The notes beneath the pieces were generated by a model. It was not told where the DNA came from and made no database searches. It was given only the letters and a program-made list of their open reading frames with translations. The translations under genes were made by a program, and so were the position numbers. Of a stretch of 64,000 bases of DNA, positions 39,811 to 49,643 are shown one piece after another. How positions within the stretch are numbered: position 1 is the stretch's first letter; the number at the start of each line of letters is the position of its first letter. Origin of the DNA: Candidatus Abzuiibacterium crystallinum (GTDB lineage: Bacteria > Omnitrophota > Omnitrophia > Omnitrophales > Abzuiibacteriaceae); the NCBI GenBank assembly GCA_002787155.1, contig PCVY01000028.1:9478-73477 (forward strand). The letters run 5' to 3'.

Positions 39811-40635
39811 TTAATAAGCAATCCCCAGGCTGTCCCCGGCATACCAGTGATCCAATGGCTCTTCATCCCATTTGATAAATTTCTTGTTCAATTCTTTCGA
39901 AAACTTAAGAAGCTCCTCTGTCTGATTTGCATTATCACTGACCAAAATAGAGCAAGATCTTAATTGGGCTTGGATGGTTTTGTATTCCTCTCGTTCATAT
40001 TCGGCTGCATGATGGCTGTCATGTATAAATAAATCAATCGGCAGCTTAAATTGCCTAAGCAATTCTATCGAATCCCCGTACAGCACTTCTCCAAATTGAG
40101 CATATGGTCCGGTTAATAAATAACCGCCGGATCGATCAATTTCTGTTCCGTAATATCGGCCTAAAAAACCCTCTTGTGAGTTGTTGAACAGTGCTGCGGT
40201 TATCAAACAAGCGCTCAACCCCTTATCAACCCCCGTCTCAACAACAACACGCGGTTTTAATACCCGGGTTAAAATATACCAAGCAACGCGCCTGCCAAAA
40301 CGCGGCACCGGATCCGAAGCGTAACGAACAGCGCTCGTCATTCTAACCTTAATTAAATGCGTCTTCAATCTTTCATCGGTTTCCACTTCTGCCGCAAAGC
40401 GCTGGATTTCTGCGAGAGGCCGGCCAGTCACATCAGCTAACATTTTGATGAGATTCTGCTTGTTGGCAGGCGTAATGTGATAAGTCAGATTATATAACTC
40501 ATTTGAGGTCAAAAGCCACTTGAGGAATTTAAAATTAAGCACCGGAATATATGAACGCATAATTTTGATGCGAAGCGGGATAAGGCACAGCCTTCCTAAA
40601 ATTGGTGTGTTCAAAATATGCTGTTTGAGCGTCAT
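39811..40635 (-). CDS. Class I SAM methyltransferase (Methyltransf_24-like)
   Basis: VVETGVDKG, DLFIHDSHH and SDN motifs. Confidence 0.8.
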   Translation of the reverse strand: MTLKQHILNTPILGRLCLIPLRIKIMRSYIPVLNFKFLKWLLTSNELYNLTYHITPANKQNLIKMLADVTGRPLAEIQRFAAEVETDERLKTHLIKVRMTSAVRYASDPVPRFGRRVAWYILTRVLKPRVVVETGVDKGLSACLITAALFNNSQEGFLGRYYGTEIDRSGGYLLTGPYAQFGEVLYGDSIELLRQFKLPIDLFIHDSHHAAEYEREEYKTIQAQLRSCSILVSDNANQTEELLKFSKELNKKFIKWDEEPLDHWYAGDSLGIAY

Positions 40636-40643
40636 AAAAATAT

Positions 40644-41954
40644 CTAAGATTGTGAGATACTCATCCGAAAACTATCCATGACCCGCTCTGCTAAAATGCG
40701 GGGCGTGTGATGCTGCTCATAAGTTTGGCGGCCATTTTGACGTATGTGCTGGTTGAGCATGCCATCCGTGACTGCCGAGTAAATGGCACGTGCAATTTCT
40801 TCTCCGGTATCACCCGCTAAAACATTCAGACCCTCTTTCATGTCACTTAACGTGCGGAGACTATTTCGATGAACAATTAAACATAAACCCATCGACCAAG
40901 CCATCACGGTGCGACTGTAAGCGGCTAAGTAACTTCCCGCATTGTTCAAAAGTAAGAAAACATCTCCAGATCTAAGTTCCTGATCCAAATCCGCGACCCA
41001 CCCTCGTAAATAAACACGGGGATGACGGATAACTTTTTCCAACCCCGGGTAAGGCTTCCCTGCGCCAATGATGTGAACCTCATAATCAAGCCCTTTCATT
41101 ATTTTCTCGAGTTCAGGCATGACTTGTGTCAAAAGAAAGTACATCCCTAACGTACTGCCCGTGACACGTAAGTGTCCAATGTGTCCGATAATCTTTATTT
41201 TCCGTTTATGTGCTTTGGACTTATTTGAAATAGTCATACCTTCATCGATCCAAGTAGGGCCTAGTTCTTCAACATTTTGACAACCATTTGTTTTGTAATA
41301 GGCTACATGTGCGGCCGTTGCGGTAAAAATTTTGCTCAAATCCTTCATCAATAGAAGGTGCGCTTGCTCAAAAGAGCGAATCCGCCGCCAGCCAGTCATA
41401 ACCATTAGCCATCCGAGCGGACCATAAAAGAGTTTGTAATCGATTAAACGAGCTTTGCCTGGATCAAAATCGATGTCGCCCTGATAGGCTATTTTAGGAG
41501 CCGAATGATAACCATCACTGGCTGCCACGCCTTCAGGGCTGCCAAAAATAAACAAAGCGTCTGGTTGAAAAGCTTGAATGCGGCTCGTAACTTCTTTTTT
41601 CAAACTGACACTCGGATAGAAATCAGTCAGGCAAATACGCTTGAAAAGGACGCCAAATATGTTTTTGATATGTTTGGCTAATCGCCGCCGCCAGTTTTGA
41701 TTCTGGTTATAATCCTTTGCAAAAAAAACAGGTTCAACGTGAAATTGTTCGCTCTTTAGCTCTTCTAATCGTCTTTGCTCAAAATCGGTCAACTGGTTCG
41801 GATGATAATTATTAAAAATCACCTGTAAGCACACCGTGTGCCCTGCCTGAAGGAATATTTTTAAAAACTCGTTTAATTGAATGTTGATGGCGCTAATGCC
41901 ATTGGTGTGATGACTGATGTGAGGGATATCGCTGGACAGGACAAAAATTCTCAT
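40644..41954 (-). CDS. GT4-like glycosyltransferase
   Basis: C-terminal GT-B half (HIIGAG, LRGWVADL, AWSMG, NGRQTYE). Confidence 0.72.
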   Translation of the reverse strand: MRIFVLSSDIPHISHHTNGISAINIQLNEFLKIFLQAGHTVCLQVIFNNYHPNQLTDFEQRRLEELKSEQFHVEPVFFAKDYNQNQNWRRRLAKHIKNIFGVLFKRICLTDFYPSVSLKKEVTSRIQAFQPDALFIFGSPEGVAASDGYHSAPKIAYQGDIDFDPGKARLIDYKLFYGPLGWLMVMTGWRRIRSFEQAHLLLMKDLSKIFTATAAHVAYYKTNGCQNVEELGPTWIDEGMTISNKSKAHKRKIKIIGHIGHLRVTGSTLGMYFLLTQVMPELEKIMKGLDYEVHIIGAGKPYPGLEKVIRHPRVYLRGWVADLDQELRSGDVFLLLNNAGSYLAAYSRTVMAWSMGLCLIVHRNSLRTLSDMKEGLNVLAGDTGEEIARAIYSAVTDGMLNQHIRQNGRQTYEQHHTPRILAERVMDSFRMSISQS

Positions 41955-41961
41955 GAGCCCG

Positions 41962-43071
41962 CTACACGGTAGGAATTTCGCTAAACAGACTTTGCCATAT
42001 TTGGTATTCTGTTAGAAAGTCGTGGATCAATTGACGATCCTGATCAGCCATGTTTTTCACGGTCGGTAATTTCTCTAGACTTTTTTTCAACAACTCCTCG
42101 AGAGCACCCAAATAAGTTGCTTCTTTTAAGTCGACTGACCGAAGTAAATCAACGAATGGATCCGTGGCCCGATTGTTCTTCCATTCATCTTCCAAATCTT
42201 TCCAGAGATTGTGCGGGTTCCGCACTTGTCTGACAAGCGGGTGCCCGTACGCAATGACTTCACGCATTTGTTCGGTTAATCGGCAAAGGATAAATGCGGT
42301 CCAAATATCAGCGTTTCTACCGGTAGTAGGCGGCGTAAAATAAACCGGAATAGCGGCGCGCGACAAGGCGGTGTTTTGGTTGTTGAATGACGACCAGGTA
42401 GTCGGATCAAGTGCAAATTGGGGCTCAAAATCTTTTTTCATTCCCACAACACGCAACGGCCAGAAAAGGCGCGTAACCGCATCAACATCAGTGTCTTCTA
42501 AAACAATCCCTTGTTTAGCTGCCACCGTCACCTTGTTCTTCTGCCTGGAAAAAACTTCTTTTTGGTAAAGACGTTTTGACCAAGGAAATCCTCTCGGATA
42601 AAATGGGATACCGTTTGCTTCTTGCACGGCTTCATAAACATTAAACCAACCCGTCTCCGTTTGAATGACATCCATCTCAATCTGACGGCCGACCATCTCA
42701 TAGGCTCCAATAAAGTCTTCTTCAGTAATAAAATTATCGTCATCAATCATTACCACACGTTCACAACCGCCTAAATAAGCCAGGAAATTGCCGATCATTT
42801 TTCGGGCGGCATGATTGACTGGCATCAGTTCCTTAAGCCGCGGATAATCGGCTAATGCTTTATTTTGCTGTTCAATATTTAAATATCTGACGTCTCGCTT
42901 ATATTGCTTTGACAATTTTTCGCAGAAAGGACCTGCTGCTGCCGGTGTTTTTAGATCGCCAATAATCAAAAAAGCAATGTCCTCATGTCCATATCGTATT
43001 GAATTCCGGCAGATTGCTTCTAAAAAGGTAGGAACGCGAATAGTAGTTGTAATTAAAACCGTCTTTTGCAT
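41962..43071 (-). CDS. STELLO/DUF288-like (GT75/RGP-related) GT-A protein
   Basis: ITTTIRVP, IIGDLKTP, IDDDN, YPRGFP, DVDA, FNNQNT and DIW motifs. Confidence 0.65.
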   Translation of the reverse strand: MQKTVLITTTIRVPTFLEAICRNSIRYGHEDIAFLIIGDLKTPAAAGPFCEKLSKQYKRDVRYLNIEQQNKALADYPRLKELMPVNHAARKMIGNFLAYLGGCERVVMIDDDNFITEEDFIGAYEMVGRQIEMDVIQTETGWFNVYEAVQEANGIPFYPRGFPWSKRLYQKEVFSRQKNKVTVAAKQGIVLEDTDVDAVTRLFWPLRVVGMKKDFEPQFALDPTTWSSFNNQNTALSRAAIPVYFTPPTTGRNADIWTAFILCRLTEQMREVIAYGHPLVRQVRNPHNLWKDLEDEWKNNRATDPFVDLLRSVDLKEATYLGALEELLKKSLEKLPTVKNMADQDRQLIHDFLTEYQIWQSLFSEIPTV

Positions 43072-43081
43072 GTCATGACCT

Positions 43082-43846
43082 CTATTCTAAGGGGGAGCCC
43101 ATCAGTTCTTTTTTTAAGTAAATAAAACTCATTCCAAGCGGCGGAAACGGGAAAAATGGTTCCAAGTAAATTGTCTTTTGATATTGTTCACGGAATTCCG
43201 TCATCGCCTTTTTTTGCCCCCTTTTGGGATCGCCGTAATACATCTGCCAGTCATCAAACGCAATGACAGCGCCATGATTCATCTTGTCTTTAATAAATTC
43301 CAAAGCGTTCTTAGTTGACTCATAATAATCACAATCAAAATATGCTAAAGCGATACCGTTTTTTTCTTGCCACTCATAGTGAGGTAATGTGTCTTGATAA
43401 AAACCTTTAATGGTCGTTACCCGATAAAGATCTCTGCGCATCAATCTTTTAAAAGCTTCTTCACTCATGGAAAATTTCCCCTTTGAGAAACATTTCTGCC
43501 TATCCAAGCCTGACGCTTCAGGTAAGCCCTCAAAGCTATCAAAAGCAAAAAAATGGGAAATGTGATTACGCAAGCCATAGGCAGCAGGCTTGCCCAGCGT
43601 ATTTAAAGCGTAACGCATAGTCACCGCGCCGCAACATCCGAACTCAACATAAACACCGTCTATGTAATTAGCACTCAAATAATTAGCTGTCCAACTAAAG
43701 AAATCAAAACGGTGATCTCGGTTTTTGGCTAATAACGAAGGGACAACCTGCCTTAGACCAAAGCGCGGCATCGGAGTGCCGCGCACGCACAAACGTTTGA
43801 TAAAATCAATCAGGTCTTGATGAATTTGACTTATTATTCGCGACAT
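43082..43846 (-). CDS. TylF/MycF-family O-methyltransferase
   Basis: YVEFG, FDSFEGLP, DCDYYEST and FDDW motifs. Confidence 0.85.
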   Translation of the reverse strand: MSRIISQIHQDLIDFIKRLCVRGTPMPRFGLRQVVPSLLAKNRDHRFDFFSWTANYLSANYIDGVYVEFGCCGAVTMRYALNTLGKPAAYGLRNHISHFFAFDSFEGLPEASGLDRQKCFSKGKFSMSEEAFKRLMRRDLYRVTTIKGFYQDTLPHYEWQEKNGIALAYFDCDYYESTKNALEFIKDKMNHGAVIAFDDWQMYYGDPKRGQKKAMTEFREQYQKTIYLEPFFPFPPLGMSFIYLKKELMGSPLE

Positions 43847-43863
43847 GAAATTAAGAGTTGATA

Positions 43864-44703
43864 TTACCCGATCTTGCCGTTATTAAAGATTTCTTCAAAT
43901 TGATCTGTGGTCACATATGCTGAGGCAAATGATTGGGTAGCTGCCATTTTCTTTCGGCAAAGTTTCACATCAAATGAAACACGTGGCTGCCCATTTAAAA
44001 GACTGGTTTTGTGAGGGCAGGCACCGTCAAACAAAATCACTTGTCCAATTTGATGTTTCAGTTTTATTTGTTTCATTTTTGGGAGTTTTTCTCCTTGATC
44101 ATATTGATCAAGCGTCTTAAACCATTTCTCTTGAAAAATAGCATCAGGCGGCTCAAAGAGTTCCATTGTGGTATTCGTGACATCTCCAAAAAGCGCCACC
44201 CACACATGTGCAATATCGGCAGGTTCGCCGGACCAAACATCGAGATGAGTTTTAGTGGTAGCGTAGGGTCGGTTTAGATTTTTTTTGTCGGGCATCTTCC
44301 CTGACATCAATCGAAAATTAACCAGACTGAGCGATGTCACCTTATCTAGAATCTTCAACTGTTCCAATAATTTACAGACTCTTTGATGAAAGCGTGCATA
44401 TGACACAAAATTATGCACGCTGATTTTCACAATCGAACCTGCGGTTGCATCGATGTGCATGTCTCCGCGCTCAACTTTCTTCAGGAATGTGGGCATGTCT
44501 CCCATCACCATGCCAGGTGCAGAATCGTGAATTAACACCTCTGCCGCTTGCTGGAGTGCCGTTAACGCTTCTTTATCTAACATTAAAATGCCCAGCAAAG
44601 GATGCAGTAACCGCATTTGGTTTTCACTTGCAACTTTTTAAAACCAATCAAAACGTTCTTCGCGCGTCATGTATGTTGATTGAGCGGCCACCGGCTGCAT
44701 CAT
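43864..44703 (-). pseudogene. 2OG-Fe(II) oxygenase-like gene with an in-frame TAA near the 5' end (intact ORF 43864-44616)
   Basis: HLD...H...R pattern. ATG 44703 overlaps the upstream stop (ATGA) and is in frame with 44616; one TAA lies between them at 44638-44640. Confidence 0.5.
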
Positions 44704-45536
44704 TTGGCAATCCTTTCAAAGTGACCTAAACGGTCCACTGTCTTCACTAACTTGAATTGACCCGCTGCCTCAATTTCTCGAATGAGCGGTTTCATGTAAG
44801 CGGGTGCATCGGCAAAAGTTCCTTCCCCGGAGCAGTCGTCAAAAAAAACGGCTCCGCCCACGCGGACACGTTTACCAAACCGTTCAAAATCACTTTTAAC
44901 AGCATCGTAAGTATGTTCCCCATCTATGATGACCAAATCAACTGTACCGGTTTCACACTCAACAGTTCGAGAATCTCCGACAAGCACATGAACTTGAAAG
45001 CCAAATTGCCGGCATTTCTCCGTTAATTGCACATCAAAAGGTCGTTTATTCTCCTTGTGAAGACGAGACTCTTTTTCGCCAATATCAATGGACCAAACCG
45101 TTCCTTTTTTACCCATTGCCGCAGCCATTAAAAAGGTAGTGCCTCCCTTGTAGCGTCCGATCTCAATCACTTTTGTTGCTTTCAGGCGCCGCAGTGTATC
45201 AAATAAATAAGCAGCCATACGAATGGTCAAATCCGAAACACCGCTGTTTAAGTTATTGCTTGCATGTAGTCCAACCAAATGCTCAAAACACAAATCATGA
45301 GTGACCGGAATATCAAACGTCAAATGATCCAAATCAGGCGTCCGGTTTAAGAGCGGCCCGACTGTTTCAATACCCAAAGCTAAATCACGCTCGATAAACG
45401 CCCGTGCTAAAAATTTCTGTATAAAGCGGGGTGTGAAGATTTTAAGCATTCGGCGAATTCCTTTTGCCAAACCAAAACGCCACCTATTGATATGATATTT
45501 CAAAGCATTCCACCAAGCATCAGATGACATCGGCAA
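44700..45536 (-). CDS. Class I SAM methyltransferase (Methyltransf_24-like)
   Basis: VIEIGRYKGGT, IIDGEHTY and FFDD motifs. Confidence 0.85.
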   Translation of the reverse strand: MPMSSDAWWNALKYHINRWRFGLAKGIRRMLKIFTPRFIQKFLARAFIERDLALGIETVGPLLNRTPDLDHLTFDIPVTHDLCFEHLVGLHASNNLNSGVSDLTIRMAAYLFDTLRRLKATKVIEIGRYKGGTTFLMAAAMGKKGTVWSIDIGEKESRLHKENKRPFDVQLTEKCRQFGFQVHVLVGDSRTVECETGTVDLVIIDGEHTYDAVKSDFERFGKRVRVGGAVFFDDCSGEGTFADAPAYMKPLIREIEAAGQFKLVKTVDRLGHFERIAK

Positions 45537-46344
45537 AACTCTTCTCCATGCGTTTAAAATAGTACATTCCGCTCACACAAATAACGCAGGCAATCAACCC
45601 AGAAAAAATGATCATGCCTTGTAATTCATTTGATTGACCAAAAAGTGCCCACCGAAAACCCTCAATGACACCGACCATGGGATTTAACCCATATAAAAAA
45701 CGCCATCCCTCCGGCACCAAGCTGCTTGGATAAGCAATGGGCGTAGCAAAAAACCAAAATTGAATTAAAAATGGAATCGTGTATCTCACATCTCGATACC
45801 TGACGTTCAGTGCGGAAAGCCAAAGTCCGACTCCCAACGCCGTCATAAAAGCTAACACCATAAAGATGGGAAGATATATCACTGAAATCAATAACGGCGT
45901 CTGGTAATACACCATCATGCCGATCAGGACCAGAAATGCAAAAAAGAAATCAACGACGCCGGAAAAAGTGGCTGAAAGAGGCATTGCCAGTCTGGGAAAA
46001 TAAACTTTTGTTACCAGTTGTTGGTTAACGATTAAAGTATTAGCAGATTCTGTGACTGCGTGAGAGAAAAATTGCCAAGGTAATAGCGCGCTATAAGCAA
46101 AAATAGGGTAAGGAATACCGTCAGATGGCATTTTTGCCAAATGACCAAAGATCACGGTGAAAATCACCATCGTTAAGAAAGGCTGTAAGATAGCCCAAGC
46201 GGCACCGATGATGGTTTGTTTATACCTGACTTTGATATCTCGCCACGTCAGAAAAAAAATCAACTCGCGTGCTTGCCATAACTCCTTTAGGTTTAAAGGA
46301 ATCCAGCCGCTGCTTGCTTTGATCGTTGTCATGGATTCTTTCAC
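45520..46344 (-). CDS. wzm: Polysaccharide ABC transporter permease
   Basis: RDIKVRYKQT..G..W..LQP, KVYFPR, RYRDV, TPIAYP and LNP motifs. Confidence 0.93.
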   Translation of the reverse strand: MKESMTTIKASSGWIPLNLKELWQARELIFFLTWRDIKVRYKQTIIGAAWAILQPFLTMVIFTVIFGHLAKMPSDGIPYPIFAYSALLPWQFFSHAVTESANTLIVNQQLVTKVYFPRLAMPLSATFSGVVDFFFAFLVLIGMMVYYQTPLLISVIYLPIFMVLAFMTALGVGLWLSALNVRYRDVRYTIPFLIQFWFFATPIAYPSSLVPEGWRFLYGLNPMVGVIEGFRWALFGQSNELQGMIIFSGLIACVICVSGMYYFKRMEKSFADVI

Positions 46345-46346
46345 GA

Positions 46347-47363
46347 TTACCGTTCCACTAATTTCTTGTCAAATGAGGCTTCAACAGCTTCGCGCTTCTT
46401 GTTTGAAAAATACCAGTCAATGGTTCGATGTAACCCGTCCATAAATTTTGTTTCAGGCTCCCACCCTAAGAGTTTCTTGGCCATTCGGTTATCCGCAACC
46501 CGGTTTAGCGGACCCGTGGGCATATCAGGCCTTAATTTAATTTCAGCTTGATGTTTGCAATAGCGCAATACTTCGCGAACAGCATCTATGACGCGTGTTC
46601 TTTCGGTGGTACCTAAGTTGATAGCAGTGCCATCGTCAATTTTTTCGGCAGCCAATAGGGTACCCCTTGCAATATCTTTCACGTAAGTCCAATTTCTAAT
46701 TTGTTCACCAGTCCCCCATACCTCAAAAGGATTCTGCTTGATGAATGCTCTGGCAATCATAGCGATCACCGCGTGGTTCTCAACGCCACGCTCGCCGTAA
46801 ACCGTAAAATAGCGGCAGGAAGCCGTCTTGATACCCCATTCGCGGTAATATGCTTTTAAAGTGAGTTCTGCCATTAATTTGGCCCAGCCATACATGTTAT
46901 CTGCATCATAGGGCGGCCCAACCATATCCTCAACGAGATACAATTCTTCCTTCGTGTTGGTTTGCAGGTGATTAGGGTATACACAACCGGAGGAAGCATA
47001 AACAATCTTCTCAACGCCATTGTCACGACAGGCTCCAAAAATGAGTCCGTCTAAAGTCAGGTTGGTCGAACAATCCGCTTGATGTAAATCTACATAGCCT
47101 CTTCCGCCATGCGCCGCCGCCAAATGGATAACGACATCAACCTGTTGCGTGACTTGTTTGGCAACTCCCTCTTCAAGTAAATTTTTTTGAATAAACTCAA
47201 CTTTTTTAGAGGCTATATAAGATTGAATATTTTCGAGCCGTCCGCTGCTTAAGTCATCAACCACCCGCACTTGCGCGCGGTGCTCAATTAACCCATCGAC
47301 AATGTGCGATCCAATAAATGAAGCACCGCCGGTAACTAAAACGCGCTTTTGACTCCAATTCAT
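46347..47363 (-). CDS. NAD-dependent epimerase (GME/Fcl-like SDR)
   Basis: TGGASFIG, ASSGCVYP and YGWAK motifs. Confidence 0.85.
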   Translation of the reverse strand: MNWSQKRVLVTGGASFIGSHIVDGLIEHRAQVRVVDDLSSGRLENIQSYIASKKVEFIQKNLLEEGVAKQVTQQVDVVIHLAAAHGGRGYVDLHQADCSTNLTLDGLIFGACRDNGVEKIVYASSGCVYPNHLQTNTKEELYLVEDMVGPPYDADNMYGWAKLMAELTLKAYYREWGIKTASCRYFTVYGERGVENHAVIAMIARAFIKQNPFEVWGTGEQIRNWTYVKDIARGTLLAAEKIDDGTAINLGTTERTRVIDAVREVLRYCKHQAEIKLRPDMPTGPLNRVADNRMAKKLLGWEPETKFMDGLHRTIDWYFSNKKREAVEASFDKKLVER

Positions 47364-48697
47364 GCCGGCTTCCTTACTGTTCGCCCGCGCCCAAGCGCCA
47401 AGTATTGAATAGACTTGTCTAACCGCTTTTCATCTAATAGACGCCAACAATCTAATAAAACCTTTTTGGTTTCGCTTTTAAATTTAAAACCCATTAGCTG
47501 AAGGAAGGTTTGATCGGGTGTTGCAAGAATAATAATATCCGCTTTTCTAACGCCTTGCTCTAAACTATTTGCATACAAAACCCGGTGTCCCAACTTTTGT
47601 TTTGCCGCTTCTAATGCCAGCGGATCATAAACTTCTACTAAAGCATTTAATTCTAACAATTCGTTGACGATATCGATTGATTGCGAACTCTCAATCACGT
47701 TTGTTTTGGGTTTGTAACTCATCCCTAAAATAAGCACTTTTGTTTGCTTCTTGAGATAAGGCTCAATCCGTTTAATGACTCGAAAAGCTTGGCGGCGGTT
47801 AATTTGATCAGTTGCTTCAGCAATGTTGGCCTGCAAACCCAATTCTTTTGCAAGAGCGCCGAGGGCTAAATTATCTCGTGGAAAGCAAGGACCGCCATAA
47901 CCCAAGGCGCCCCTAAAATAGGCCGGATTGATTCTCCGGTCATTTGCCAAGGCTTTGGTTACCACCTCAACATCAGCATTTGGTAAAACTTCACTCATTT
48001 CTGCCAGCATGTTTGCAAAAGAGATTTTCGTTGTCACATAGGTATTAATGGCAATCTTGGCTAACTCTGCGTTCACCCAATTCATTCGAAGCAAGTTGGG
48101 CTTATTATCGCAAAAAACCTCATAGAAATCCGCTAATTCTTTTCCGGCCCGCTGATCAGACTCACCGATTAAAACAAAGTCTGGATTGAGTAAATCATGA
48201 ATGACATTACCCAATGCAATAAATGCCGGATTATAGCAAAGACCGAAATCTTTCCCGCATTTTTTGGAGGACGCCTGTTCCAATTCAACCAAAATATTTT
48301 GCCTCATATCGCCAGGCAAAACAGTGCTGACCACAACAACCAGATGGTAGCTGTTTTTCTTTACCAAACTCTTCCCAAGAGCCCGGACTGCTTGCAATAC
48401 CATTTCAACCGAAAAACGGCCATTGGCATTGCTGGGGGTAGGCACCGTAATAAAAGTGACGCTGGTCTCACGAACCACAGTTTGATAATTATCCGCTACT
48501 TTAATACGGGATCGATTGGCGCTCATTAATGACTGTAATCCAGGTTCCAACACAGGAGATTCACCTTTGCGTATGTTAGCCGAAACTTGATCATTCACAT
48601 CGTACCCAACGGTTGAAAATCCTTTAGCTGCTGCGCAAGCAAGCAACGGAGAGCCTAGTTTACCCAATCCGACCACCGATATTTTTGGCAAAATCAC
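47360..48697 (-). CDS. UDP-glucose/GDP-mannose 6-dehydrogenase family
   Basis: GLGKLG, VPTP, AELAK and GYGGPCFPRD motifs. Confidence 0.92.
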   Translation of the reverse strand: MILPKISVVGLGKLGSPLLACAAAKGFSTVGYDVNDQVSANIRKGESPVLEPGLQSLMSANRSRIKVADNYQTVVRETSVTFITVPTPSNANGRFSVEMVLQAVRALGKSLVKKNSYHLVVVVSTVLPGDMRQNILVELEQASSKKCGKDFGLCYNPAFIALGNVIHDLLNPDFVLIGESDQRAGKELADFYEVFCDNKPNLLRMNWVNAELAKIAINTYVTTKISFANMLAEMSEVLPNADVEVVTKALANDRRINPAYFRGALGYGGPCFPRDNLALGALAKELGLQANIAEATDQINRRQAFRVIKRIEPYLKKQTKVLILGMSYKPKTNVIESSQSIDIVNELLELNALVEVYDPLALEAAKQKLGHRVLYANSLEQGVRKADIIILATPDQTFLQLMGFKFKSETKKVLLDCWRLLDEKRLDKSIQYLALGRGRTVRKPA

Positions 48698-48701
48698 AAT
48701 A

Positions 48702-49643
48702 TCACCTTTCTCGTTGAACCATAAGTATTTGCTGCAAAACCTTTCGAATCAATTGCCTCAAACAAAGTCTAAACCAAAGCAAGGGTTTAATGAATGGGCT
48801 AAGCCATGATCCATTTTCCCGCAAAATAATTTCCACATCAAGATTTCTTAAAAGCCGTAACAACGATAAGCGTTTCCGTTGCAATTGTTCATTTCTTAAA
48901 ATCCATTGGGCGTCCGATAGACTAAAACAATGATCCATATCGCCTGCGAGTCTTAAATTTTCTTCCACTTCAGGCCCTACCCAAATATCTTGACTTAATC
49001 TGTTTTTAGCTAGAATATGATTCGGATAACCATGATTTTGATGAACAATAAAAAAGCTTTTAGTGGCATCAATCACTTCTGCATGAGAAAGACGTGCTTG
49101 ATAGATCAGCCAATTATCGTATTTGGTGCGGCCAATGGCAAATCTGGGCATTTGATTAAAAAGGCCTTTCTTAAATAGAAAGTAGTCAATACCGGTTTCA
49201 TCGCACAACTCACCTGTTTCTTGAACCCGTTTTTTCAAATCCGACTGCCAATCGTGGTTTTTAAAATTAATCCGTTCGGTAACGTCTAAATTCCAACGCT
49301 GCCCAATGATGAGGAAGTGACTGAAAGAAACTCGAGCCAGTAAAGTCTCAAACCCTTCCGTGAGAATGATATCGGTGTTGATATAGCATACGATGTCGTA
49401 ACGTGCCAGCTTTTGCGCTTGATTAAAAATAAAATTCACGAGCGGTGTGCCATATTGATTGCGCTCAAGCGCCGAAACATGCCGAAAACCAAACTCCTTC
49501 GCTGCCTGTTCTGTCCCCGTTTCATCACCAAAAAGGATAATTTCTGCATTCGGATTTAACTGTTTCCAGCTTTCGATGGCATTTTTCTGGATATGGTCAT
49601 AAATGCCGCTAAAAGGTTTTGGTAACGTAAAAATGGAAATCAT
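48702..49643 (-). CDS. Putative GT-A fold glycosyltransferase
   Basis: INTDIIL (xxD-type motif), IDYF, DNW and HQNH, in a glycan operon. Confidence 0.55.
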   Translation of the reverse strand: MISIFTLPKPFSGIYDHIQKNAIESWKQLNPNAEIILFGDETGTEQAAKEFGFRHVSALERNQYGTPLVNFIFNQAQKLARYDIVCYINTDIILTEGFETLLARVSFSHFLIIGQRWNLDVTERINFKNHDWQSDLKKRVQETGELCDETGIDYFLFKKGLFNQMPRFAIGRTKYDNWLIYQARLSHAEVIDATKSFFIVHQNHGYPNHILAKNRLSQDIWVGPEVEENLRLAGDMDHCFSLSDAQWILRNEQLQRKRLSLLRLLRNLDVEIILRENGSWLSPFIKPLLWFRLCLRQLIRKVLQQILMVQRER

